This document shows, piece by piece, positions 1 to 11,532 of a stretch of DNA of 64,000 nucleotides. The stretch lies in NCBI GenBank assembly GCA_002269645.1, contig NIVC01001641.1:124001-188000 (forward strand), read 5' to 3'. A model generated the notes under the pieces. That model ran no database searches. It saw nothing but the letters and a program-made list of their open reading frames with translations, and was not told the DNA's origin. Numbering within the stretch: the first letter of the stretch is position 1; every line of letters starts with the position of its first letter. The stretch comes from Macrostomum lignano. Its lineage: Eukaryota. The position numbers and the translations under genes are program-made.

Positions 1-3000
1 CACAGGGCATCAGTCTCTGGGGTTGGATTGTGGTGAATAGATCACTGGGCATCTGTCTCAGGTTAGATTGTGGTGAATAGATCACTGGGCATCAGTCTCT
101 GGGTTAGATTGTGTTGAATAGATCACTGGGCATCAGTCTCTGGGGTTGGATTGTGGTGAATAGATCACTGGGCATCAGTCTCTGGGGTTGGATTGTGGTG
201 AATAGATCACAGGGCATCAGTCTCTGGGGTTAGATTGTGGTGAATAGATCACTGGGCATCAGTCTCTGGGGTTAGATTGTGGTGAATAGATCACTGGGCA
301 TCAGTCTCTGGGGTTAGATTGTGGTGAATAGATCACAGGGCATCAGTCTCTGGGGTTAGATTGTGGTGGATATATCACAGGGCATCCGTCTCTGGGGTTA
401 GATTGTGGTGGGTCGATCACAGGGGATCAGTCTCTGGGGTTAGATTGTGGTGAATAGATCACAGGGCATCAGTCTCTGGGGTTAGATTGTGGTGAATAGA
501 TCACAGGGGATCAGTCTTTGAGATTAGATTGTGGTGAATAGATCACTGGGCATCAGTCTCTGGGGTTAGATTGTGGTGGATATATCACAGGGCATCCGTC
601 TCTGGGGTTAGATTGTGGTGGGTCGATCACAGGGGATCAGTCTCTGGGGTTAGATTGTGGTGAATAGATCACAGGGCATCAGTCTCTGGGGTTAGATTGT
701 GGTGAATAGATCACAGGGGATCAGTCTTTGAGATTAGATTGTGGTGAATAGATCACAGGGGAATAGGGGATCAGTCTCTGGGGTTAGATTGTGGTGAATA
801 GATCACAGGGCATCAGTCTCTGGGGTTAGATTGTGGTGAATAGATCACAGGGCATCAGTCTCTGAGGTTAGATTGTGGTGAATAGATCACAGGGCATCAG
901 TCTCTGGGTTAGATTGTGGTGAATAGATCACAGGGCATCAGTCTCTGGGGTTAGATTGTGGTGAATAGATCACAGAGCATCAGTCTCTGGGTTAGATTGT
1001 GGTGAATAGATCACTGGGCATCAGTCTCTGGGGTTAGATTGTGGTGAATAGATCACTGGGCATCAGTCTCTGGGGTTAGATTGTGGTGAATAGATCACAG
1101 GGCATCAGTCTCTGGGGTTGGATTGTGGTGAATAGATCACTGGGCATCTGTCTCAGGTTAGATTGTGGTGAATAGATCACTGGGCATCAGTCTCTGGGGT
1201 TAGATTGTGTTGAATAGATCACTGGGCATCAGTCTCTGGGGTTAGATTGTGGTGAATAGATCACAGGGCATCAGTCTCTGGGGTTAGATTGTTGTGAATA
1301 GATCACAGGGCATCAGTCTCTGGGGTTAGATTGTGGTGGATATATCACAGGGCATCCGTCTCTGGGTTAGATTGTGGTGGGTCGATCACAGGGGATCAGT
1401 CTCTGGGGTTAGATTGTGGTGAATAGATCACAGGGCATCAGTCTCTGGGGTTAGATTGTGGTGAATAGATCACAGGGGATCAGTCTTTGAGATTAGATTG
1501 TGGTGAATAGATCACAGGGGAATAGGGGATCAGTCTCTGGGGTTAGATTGTGGTGAATAGATCACAGGGGATCAGTCTCTGGGGTTAGATTGTGGTGAAT
1601 AGATCACAGGGCATCAGTCTCTGAGGTTAGATTGTGTTGAATAGATCACAGGGCATCCGTCTCTGGGGTTAGATTGTGGTGAATAGATCACTGGGCATCA
1701 GTCTCTGGGGTTAGATTGTGGTGAATAGATCACAGAGCATCAGTCTCTGGGGTTAGATTGTGGTGAATAGATCACTGGGCATCAGTCTCTGGGGTTAGAT
1801 TGTGGTGAATAGATCACTGGGCATCAGTCTCTGGGGTTAGATTGTGGTGAATAGATCACAGGGCATCAGTCTCTGGGTTGGATTGTGGTGAATAGATCAC
1901 TGGGCATCTGTCTCAGGTTAGATTGTGGTGAATAGATCACTGGGCATCAGTCTCTGGGGTTAGATTGTGTTGAATAGATCACTGGGCATCAGTCTCTGGG
2001 GTTGGATTGTGGTGAATAGATCACTGGGCATCAGTCTCTGGGGTTGGATTGTGGTGAATAGATCACAGGGCATCAGTCTCTGGGGTTAGATTGTGGTGAA
2101 TAGATCACTGGGCATCAGTCTCTGGGGTTAGATTGTGGTGAATAGATCACTGGGCATCAGTCTCTGGGGTTGGATTGTGGTGAATAGATCACAGGGCATC
2201 AGTCTCTGGGGTTAGATTGTGGTGGATATATCACAGGGCATCCGTCTCTGGGTTAGATTGTGGTGGTCGATCACAGGGATCAGTCTCTGGGGTTAGATTG
2301 TGGTGAATAGATCACAGGGCATCAGTCTCTGGGGTTAGATTGTGGTGAATAGATCACAGGGGATCAGTCTTTGAGATTAGATTGTGGTGAATAGATCACT
2401 GGGCATCAGTCTCTGGGGTTAGATTGTGGTGGATATATCACAGGGCATCCGTCTCTGGGGTTAGATTGTGGTGAATAGATCACAGGGCATCAGTCTCTGG
2501 GGTTAGATTGTGGTGAATAGATCACAGGGCATCAGTCTCTGGGGTTAGATTGTGGTGAATAGATCACAGAGCATCAGTCTCTGGGGTTAGATTGTGGTGA
2601 ATAGATCACTGGGCATCAGTCTCTGGGGTTAGATTGTGGTGAATAGATCACTGGGCATCAGTCTCTGGGGTTAGATTGTGGTGAATAGATCACTGGGCAT
2701 CTGTCTCAGGTTAGATTGTGGTGAATAGATCACTGGGCATCAGTCTCTGGGGTTAGATTGTGTTGAATAGATCACTGGGCATCAGTCTCTGGGGTTAGAT
2801 TGTGGTGAATAGATCACAGGGCATCAGTCTCTGGGGTTAGATTGTTGTGAATAGATCACAGGGCATCAGTCTCTGGGGTTAGATTGTGGTGGATATATCA
2901 CAGGGCATCCGTCTCTGGGGTTAGATTGTGGTGGGTCGATCACAGGGGATCAGTCTCTGGGGTTAGATTGTGGTGAATAGATCTCAGGGCATCAGTCTCT

Positions 3001-6000
3001 GGGTTAGATTGTGGTGAATAGATCACAGGGGATCAGTCTTTGAGATTAGATTGTGGTGAATAGATCACAGGGGAATAGGGGATCAGTCTCTGGGGTTAGA
3101 TTGTGGTGAATAGATCACAGGGCATCAGTCTCTGGGGTTAGATTGTGGTGAATAGATCACAGGGCATCAGTCTCTGAGGTTAGATTGTGGTGAATAGATC
3201 ACAGGGCATCAGTCTCTGGGGTTAGATTGTGGTGAATAGATCACAGGGCATCAGTCTCTGGGGTTAGATTGTGGTGAATAGATCACTGGGCATCAGTCTC
3301 TGGGGTTAGATTGTGGTGAATAGATCACAGGGCATCAGTCTCTGGGGTTAGATTGTGGTGAATAGATCACAGAGCATCAGTCTCTGGGGTTAGATTGTGG
3401 TGAATAGATCACTGGGCATCAGTCTCTGGGGTTAGATTGTGGTGAATAGATCACAGGGCATCAGTCTCTGAGGTTAGATTGTGGTGAATAGATCACAGGG
3501 CATCAGTCTCTGGGGTTAGATTGTGGTGAATAGATCACAGGGCATCAGTCTCTGGGGTTAGATTGTGGTGAATAGATCACAGAGCATCAGTCTCTGGGGT
3601 TAGATTGTGGTGAATAGATCACTGGGCATCAGTCTCTGGGGTTAGATTGTGGTGAATAGATCACTGGGCATCAGTCTCTGGGGTTAGATTGTGGTGAATA
3701 GATCACAGGGCATCAGTCTCTGGGGTTGGATTGTGGTGAATAGATCACTGGGCATCTGTCTCAGGTTAGATTGTGGTGAATAGATCACTGGGCATCAGTC
3801 TCTGGGGTTAGATTGTGTTGAATAGATCACAGGGCATCAGTCTCTGGGGTTAGATTGTGGTGAATAGATCACAGGGCATCAGTCTCTGGGGTTAGATTGT
3901 TATGAATAGATCACAGGGCATCAGTCTCTGGGGTTAGATTGTGGTGGATATATCACAGGGCATCCGTCTCTGGGGTTAGATTGTGGTGAATAGATCACAG
4001 GGGATCAGTCTCTGGGGTTAGATTGTGGTGAATAGATCACAGGGCATCAGTCTCTGGGGTTAGATTGTGGTGAATAGATCACAGGGGATCAGTCTTTGAG
4101 ATTAGATTGTGGTGAATAGATCACAGGGGAATAGGGGATCAGTCTCTGGGGTTAGATTGTGGTGAATAGATCACAGAGCATCAGTCTCTGGGGTTAGATT
4201 GTGGTGAATAGATCACTGGGCATCAGTCTCTGGGTTAGATTGTGGTGAATAGATCACTGGGCATCAGTCTCTGGGTTAGATTGTGGTGAATAGATCACAG
4301 GGCATCAGTCTCTGGGGTTGGATTGTGGTGAATAGATCACTGGGCATCTGTCTCAGGTTAGATTGTGGTGAATAGATCACTGGGCATCAGTCTCTGGGGT
4401 TAGATTGTGTTGAATAGATCACAGGGCATCAGTCTCTGGGGTTAGATTGTGGTGAATAGATCACAGGGCATCAGTCTCTGGGGTTAGATTGTTATGAATA
4501 GATCACAGGGCATCAGTCTCTGGGGTTAGATTGTGGTGGATATATCACAGGGCATCCGTCTCTGGGGTTAGATTGTGGTGAATAGATCACAGGGGATCAG
4601 TCTCTGGGGTTAGATTGTGGTGAATAGATCACAGGGCATCAGTCTCTGGGGTTAGATTGTGGTGAATAGATCACAGGGGATCAGTCTTTGAGATTAGATT
4701 GTGGTGAATAGATCACAGGGGAATAGGGGATCAGTCTCTGGGGTTAGATTGTGGTGAATAGATCACAGGGGATCAGTCTCTGGGGTTAGATTGTGGTGAA
4801 TAGATCACAGGGCATCAGTCTCTGGGGTTAGATTGTGTTGAATAGATCACTGGGCATCAGTCTCTGGGGTTAGATTGTGTTGAATAGATCACTGGGCATC
4901 AGTCTCTGGGGTTAGATTGTGGTGAATAGATCACTGGGCATCAGTCTCTGGGGTTAGATTGTGGTGGATATATCACAGGGCATCCGTCTCTGGGGTTAGA
5001 TTGTGGTGAATCGATCACAGGGGATCAGTCTCTGGGGTTAGATTGTGGTGAATAGATCACAGGGCATCAGTCTCTGGGGTTAGATTGTGGTGAATAGATC
5101 ACAGGGGATCAGTCTCTGGATTAGATTGTGGTGAATAGATCACAGGGGATCAGTCTCTGGGGTTAGATTGTGGTGAATAGATCACAGGGCATCAGTCTCT
5201 GGGGTTAGATTGTGGTGAATAGATCACAGGGCATCAGTCTCTGGGTTAGATTGTGGTGAATAGATCACAGGGCATCAGTCTCTGGGGTTAGATTGTGGTG
5301 AATAGATCACAGGGCATCAGTCTCTGGGGTTAGATTGTGGTGAATAGATCACTGGGCATCAGTCTCTGGGGTTAGATTGTGGTGAATAGATCACTGGGCA
5401 TCAGTCTCTGGGGTTAGATTGTGGTGAATAGATCACTGGGCATCAGTCTCTGGGGTTAGATTGTGGTGAATAGATCACTGGGCATCAGTCTCTGGGGTTA
5501 GATTGTGGTGAATAGATCACTGGGCATCAGTCTCTGGGGTTAGATTGTGGTGAATAGATCACTGGGCATCAGTCTCTGGGGTTAGATTGTGGTGAATAGA
5601 TCACTGGGCATCAGTCTCTGGGGTTAGATTGTGGTGAATAGATCACTGGGCATCAGTCTCTGGGGTTAGATTGTGGTGAATAGATCACAGGGCATCAGTC
5701 TCTGGGGTTAGATTGTGGTGAATAGATCACTGGGCATCAGTCTCTGGGGTTAGATTGTGGTGAATAGATCACAGGGCATCAGTCTCTGGGGTTAGATTGT
5801 GGTGAATAGATCACAGGGCATCAGTCTCTGGGGTTAGATTGTGGTGGATATATCACAGGGCATCAGTCTCTGGGGTTAGATTGTGGTGAATAGATCACAG
5901 GGGATCAGTCTCTGGGGTTAGATTGTGGTGAATAGATCACAGGGCATCAGTCTCTGGGTTAGATTGTGGTGAATAGATCACAGGGGATCAGTCTCTGGAT

Positions 6001-6890
6001 TAGATTGTGGTGAATAGATCACAGGGCATCAGTCTCTGGGGTTAGATTGTGGTGGATATATCACAGGGCATCAGTCTCTGGGTTAGATTGTGGTGAATAG
6101 ATCACAGGGGATCAGTCTCTGGGGTTAGATTGTGGTGAATAGATCACAGGGGATCAGTCTCTGGGTTAGATTGTGGTGAATAGATCACAGGGGATCAGTC
6201 TCTGGGGTTAGATTGTGGTGAATAGATCACAGGGGATCAGTCTCTGGGGTTAGATTGTGGTGAATAGATCACAGGGCATCAGTCTCTGGGTTAGATTGTG
6301 GTGAATAGATCACAGGGCATCAGTCTCTGGGTTAGATTGTGGTGAATAGATCACAGGGCATCAGTCTCTGGGGTTAGATTGTGGTGAATAGATCACAGGG
6401 CATCAGTCTCTGGGGTTAGATTGTGGTGAATAGATCACAGGGCATCAGTCTCTGGGGTTAGATTGTGGTGAATAGATCACTGGGCATCAGTCTCTGGGGT
6501 TAGATTGTGGTGAATAGATCACTGGGCATCAGTCTCTGGGTTAGATTGTGGTGAATAGATCACTGGGCATCAGTCTCTGGGGTTAGATTGTGGTGAATAG
6601 ATCACTGGGCATCAGTCTCTGGGGTTAGATTGTGGTGAATAGATCACTGGGCATCAGTCTCTGGGGTTAGATTGTGGTGAATAGATCACTGGGCATCAGT
6701 CTCTGGGGTTAGATTGTGGTGAATAGATCACTGGGCATCAGTCTCTGGGGTTAGATTGTGGTGAATAGATCACTGGGCATCAGTCTCTGGGGTTAGATTG
6801 TGGTGAATAGATCATAGGGAATCAGTCTCTGGGGTTAGATTGTGGTGAATAGATCACAAGGCATCAGTCTCTGGGGTTAGATTGTGGTGG
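1..6890. repeat. 42-bp satellite array (CACAGGGCATCAGTCTCTGGGGTTAGATTGTGGTGAATAGAT), about 160 copies, continues off the left edge
   Basis: Unit starts at 1 and 43 and recurs with minor variants to about 6890; no ORF in the track over this span. Confidence 0.98.
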
Positions 6891-7596
6891 GTTAACTTAG
6901 AGAATCGATTTTGGGGATCGGCTTAAGTGCTTAGTTTTAATAATGGATTTATGAAATCATAAATTTATGCAAAATGTGATCAGGTTAATAAACAGATCTC
7001 AATGACAGCTCGTCCTGCTTCCTTCAGTTACCTCAGATTTTACACTCCCGGCAGTCAGCAGAAGCAGCAGCAGCGGCAACATTGAGCAGCCTGTCAAGAG
7101 TTCGAAGATGTTCCTCGAACTCCTCAGCATTTCGGGAAGCAAGTGTTTCTAAAATCTGCTTCCCACCTTTCAGCTGAACGTCTGTTGAAACCTGGAGCAG
7201 TTGTGCCGTGTTGTTTGTGTCTACCTGGACTTGTTACTGACAGACAAGTGCTAAGATTGCAGCTCCCAGGCTACTCAAACCGGGCGCACTTATTAAATGC
7301 AGGTGCATTCATATTGGATTGGAACTCTGAGGCCGGAAGGAGTGAGCGGGTCTTTTCTTAGAAACGGCCATAAATGGAATGCGAAATAAAGCGTGACGAG
7401 ATTTTGTTTGGCGACGTCTGCTGCCAGTCAGGACGTGGTGGCTTAGCGCTTCAGCAGTCAGCGCCGCTGTCTCCGGGGTGGCGGCTGCCAGCCAATCCTG
7501 GCTGGGGGCGGGGGGGCTCTCGCCTCTCTTCTTTTTCTCACCTGACTCTGTCTCCTGCCTTCTTCTCATTCTCTACTCGGCTGCTGATGCCGAAAT

Positions 7597-7905
7597 CTCC
7601 CCTCATGCCTCTCTCACTTTCCTCTTTTTCTCTCTCCCTCTCTACTCTCCCTCTCTACCCCCTGTCTACTCTCCCCTATCTATTCTCCTTCTATTTCTCT
7701 CCCTATCTACTGTCCCTCTCTGCTCTCCATCTCTTCTCTCTTTACCTCTAGCCCTATTTCTCTACCCTCCCTCTCTACTCTCCCTCTCTGCTCTCTCTAT
7801 CTCTCTCCCTCTCTAGTCCCCATCTACTCTCCCTCTACCTCTTTCCCTCTACTCCAAGTACCACTCTATAAATTTTAAACTCTTCTCTCCACTCTCCCTC
7901 TCTCT
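7597..7905. repeat. CT-rich low-complexity tract
   Basis: Almost exclusively C/T with ctctcc/ctctac motifs. Confidence 0.85.
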
Positions 7906-8969
7906 GCCTTGCTGTTATACTGTCCTTCTGCCCTGCGCACTATGTGACCATCGGGAGAATCGAGTGTGCACCTTCAATAATCGATTCGATACCGGAAGTG
8001 GCAGTGCAGTGCTTTATGGTGGAATTGGGGGAGTTTTGGGCCACCGTAGCAATCCTGTTGGGATCAGCACAGACTAGAGATTTATATGCATAGAACCCGT
8101 GATTCAAGGCAAAGGTATGCTGCATTTCCATGCCGAAACCTGCTAGTGATCCAATGCAACTGGGCATTAAAGTTGAGCTTGGAGCATAAAACTCCAACGG
8201 TTTTGCAGTGAAGCATTTTAGGGTACTATTGAATCCAATGAGTTTGGTATGCCTTTGTTGGAATCTGTTTGATCAGCTTTTCCATGCATTTTTAGCGTTA
8301 CAAAAATAATAACTGTATGGACTGTGCTGCTAGCTGTAACTTGATCGTATAACTTTAAAAAAATTGTTGTACCAGCTAGACTTTCCTTTTTTGGTAGTCA
8401 AACAAGACCTCATCGATACACACAAGACGTTTTCATGTTACATTGTTACTATGCATGCATTATGTTCATGTAAATACATGTATACACGTACAGCAGTATA
8501 ATTTACATGTACTGCGGAAACTTTTTAAAGCTCAGAAATTTCAAAAATTACAATGTTAAAACTTGAAACTATACTAACTACGAGCTATCATACTTGCTGA
8601 ATTCGAAACGTTGCCTTTTCCTTTTTTTGTTTGCCAAGCACATGGACGTATGTAGCAATGTACTGTAAAACGCTGCAATACGCGCGCGTGTACATGTAAA
8701 GTGTATTAATAAAGTCTTGCTTCGGATTTTTTAAGCATACATGTATAAGAGCAAGCTAGTGTAAAAGACCTAAAAAAAATTAAACTCCGCGTGAATTATT
8801 GCTGAATCCCACCGGTGCTACACCAAATTTAAAAGGTTCAAAATTATATAAACTTGAATCAATTGCTAACTCTGGTTCGAGTCGAATTACTAATGAGTAG
8901 CATCTCGCGGACAAGCGATATAACACTAGGCGGAATTTGGCTAAGTCTCGCCCGTCCTAGAATTCCCTT

Positions 8970-9050
8970 GGGCTATTTGTCTCTCTAGGATTCTAGATTT
9001 CCGCTGAGCTATTTGTCTCTCTAGGACTCTAGATTTCCGCTGGGCTATTT
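8970..9050. repeat. 36-bp short tandem duplication (about 2.2 copies)
   Basis: gctattt recurs at 8972, 9008 and 9044. Confidence 0.8.
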
Positions 9051-10256
9051 GCATATATTAGTAATCCTATTTCGTTATTAGTTATTTTGACATTATTACG
9101 TATACATGTATGTAATCCAAGGAGCCCTATCACACTAAGGACCACTGTAAATTAGTATAACTGTGTAACTAAATGTTATAACTGTAGTATAATGTATTAT
9201 GAGAGCTTAACTGTACACTTTAGGTGTATGAACTTACTGCACTTCAAAAGAATTTTTAATTATTAAACATACATGAAACACAATTCGCTCGTGTCTACAG
9301 CTTGCTTTTAACTTTTATGCAAATTTAGCTGTAAAGCATACCTTTTCACAGTGTCAATTTCCAATAACTAGAAAAATCTAGTACAGTACGGCAACAGCAC
9401 AGTCTCAGAGCGATTGTCTCTGCTCCGCGCGCGCAGTATTCTCCGTGAAAAGTTCCGTTTGGTCATAATAGCCGAAAAATGTTTTTATAAGCCCCACAGT
9501 TTCCTACCAAACATAGATTCGTTACAAAATAATATGTTAAGTTGGCATTCTTGACTATAATCTAAGTTTTCCGAGAAAAATCTTGTTCGAGATCTCGAAA
9601 AGGGTAAAAATTAGCGCAAAATGCATTACTTGATTTTCTAGCAAAAGCCGGAGAGAATAGAAACAAAGAAAACTTTTTTTCGGTGAAAAAAATATTGAAG
9701 GCAAAATATTTTATTAAGTAGCAGCATTTTATTCTAGTTTATTAAAATTTACTGTGCTACATTATTTTTTATTTTGTATCATTAATTGCTCACACAATCG
9801 TCGTGTTACATCACGAGCTGTAATTGGCCTTGATGCGAACTGGTTTCGCATGACCTTATGTGAACGTGACTAAAAGTACTCTAGGTTCGGACGGTTGGAC
9901 CCTACATTACCTTAAAAAAACCGAATTCTGTTAGCATTATTGTGATATTGGCATTGTCTACATACATTGTCTACATATATACAAAATGTACAGTTGGATT
10001 GCATATGCTTATAAAATTAAAAATTAAAATATGGTAATAATCAGTCCTATCGTTGCGATCTTTACATCTAAAACAAAAAATTGTAGGCCTAGCTGCTTAG
10101 TCCTGGCTAGAGTGCATCATGCTTGCAGCTTGTTTGCATAGGTAGGTCTAGCCATCTAGGTGTAGGTAGGCCTATCTAAAGCTAGAAATAATAATTTGGC
10201 CTAGCCAAGTAGGCCCCTGGCTTAGGCATAGGCAGGATTTTTTATGCAAATAGGCC

Positions 10257-11532
10257 TAGGGTGTAATTTACACCCTGAAATTTGGATTTGCACCCACTTT
10301 TTTGGCACTGGATGCAACTTGTGCATCTGCATTTTTTGAGATCAAGATGCATGCAAGTCATTTTTTTAGCAAAAGTTACAAACAAAACATCATGCATAAA
10401 TATTTGGCAGTGCTTATTTAGCCGGCACCGGTCAAATAAGCGCGTCACTATTTAGCCGGCAGTCCTGCCCCATTGCCAGTCAAATAAGCGCGTCACTATT
10501 TAGCTGGCAGTCCTACCCCAGTCCTACTGCCGGTCAAATAAGCCCGTCACTATTTAGCCAGCAGTCCTACCCCACTGCCGCGGTCAAATTAATAAGCTAT
10601 AACCCATTCATCCAAGCGATCCTTGCCCTCTCGTGTGCTACAAACAGTAGGGCCTATACATGTACAGTATGGCCAGGGCCCACAACTAGGTGGGTGTCTG
10701 TCTCCAATTTTCAGGTTTATAGCTCCGCCTCCTACATGTATCTAATTCTGTACCTCCCACATCTATCCACTGCACTACGTGTTATATATGATATATATGT
10801 AAAAGTATTGGAGTAAAATAAGGCCTTTGATGAGTTTATGCGCCGTCGTTTGCTCTGCTTGCCTAGGCTATATGACTAAAGGCTAGTAGCTACATGTGCA
10901 TGTCAAGGAATTTAAGTTCACTTGTTTCTAACCGGCCCTCGGGCGAAGATTGAAGCTTCCGCCCGGTTTTCATTGTTGTTTTCAAGCATTAATATTAAAA
11001 TTGGAAAAGACACTATATACTCACTGGGGCAAAGGGTGGGGACTTTTCAATGTTGCTAAGTATACTTTCATGACAAGCAGTGCAGCTATAAAATGTATTA
11101 AATGTATTTTGACCAGCGTGGCCATTGGGGGCCAGGATTGCCGGCTAAATAGTGATGGGCTTATTTGACCGGCAGTGGGGCAGGACTGCCGGCTAAATAG
11201 TGACGGGCTTATTTGACCGGCAGTGGGGCAGGACTGCCGGCTAAATAGTGACGGGCTTATTTGACCGGCAGTGGGCAGGACTGCGGGCTAAATAGTGACG
11301 AGGTTATTTGACCGGTGCCGGCTAAATAGTAGCGAACTTATTCGGCCGGTGCCGGCTAAATAAGCACTGCCTAAATATTTTGTTTCAATACTTTTTTGAA
11401 TCTTCATTGAATACTTTCCCTAAATTTAGACCTAGATGCAAATGCAAGTTGCATCCTGGTTTTCATATTTGCATCCATTTTTTAAGCTTAAGATGCAAGC
11501 TTGCATCCGCATTTTTGGCAGAAAAAACCCTA
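10257..11532. mobile_element. Possible older ~300-bp hAT-like MITE interrupted by the foldback element
   Basis: Ends TAGGGT...ACCCTA; flanks aataggcc / cataggcc (7/8 match); GATGCAA/TTGCATC motifs repeated in both halves. Confidence 0.35.
10406..11371. mobile_element. Non-autonomous foldback DNA transposon (Mutator/MULE-like; Merlin not excluded), 966 bp
   Basis: TIR GGCAGTGCTTATTTAGCCGGCACCGG at 10406 with its reverse complement ending at 11371. Perfect 9-bp TSD TAAATATTT at 10397-10405 and 11372-11380. ~50-bp subterminal tandem repeats in inverted orientation in both arms. No transposase ORF. Confidence 0.88.

Noticed and set aside
1-6890. CRISPR-like regular repeats (also 43918-44657 and 45137-45962)
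   Set aside because: No unique spacers and no cas genes; eukaryotic context. These are head-to-tail tandem repeats.
7309-7520. Possible minus-strand terminal exon (QDWLAAATPETAAL…)
   Set aside because: Acceptor-like ccccag is present but there is no homology or partner exon; left uncalled.
7940-8260. Open minus-strand frame of about 105 codons (…GFGMEMQHTFALNHGFY…)
   Set aside because: No recognisable domain or convincing splice sites, and AT-richer codon usage than the real exons; cannot be supported.
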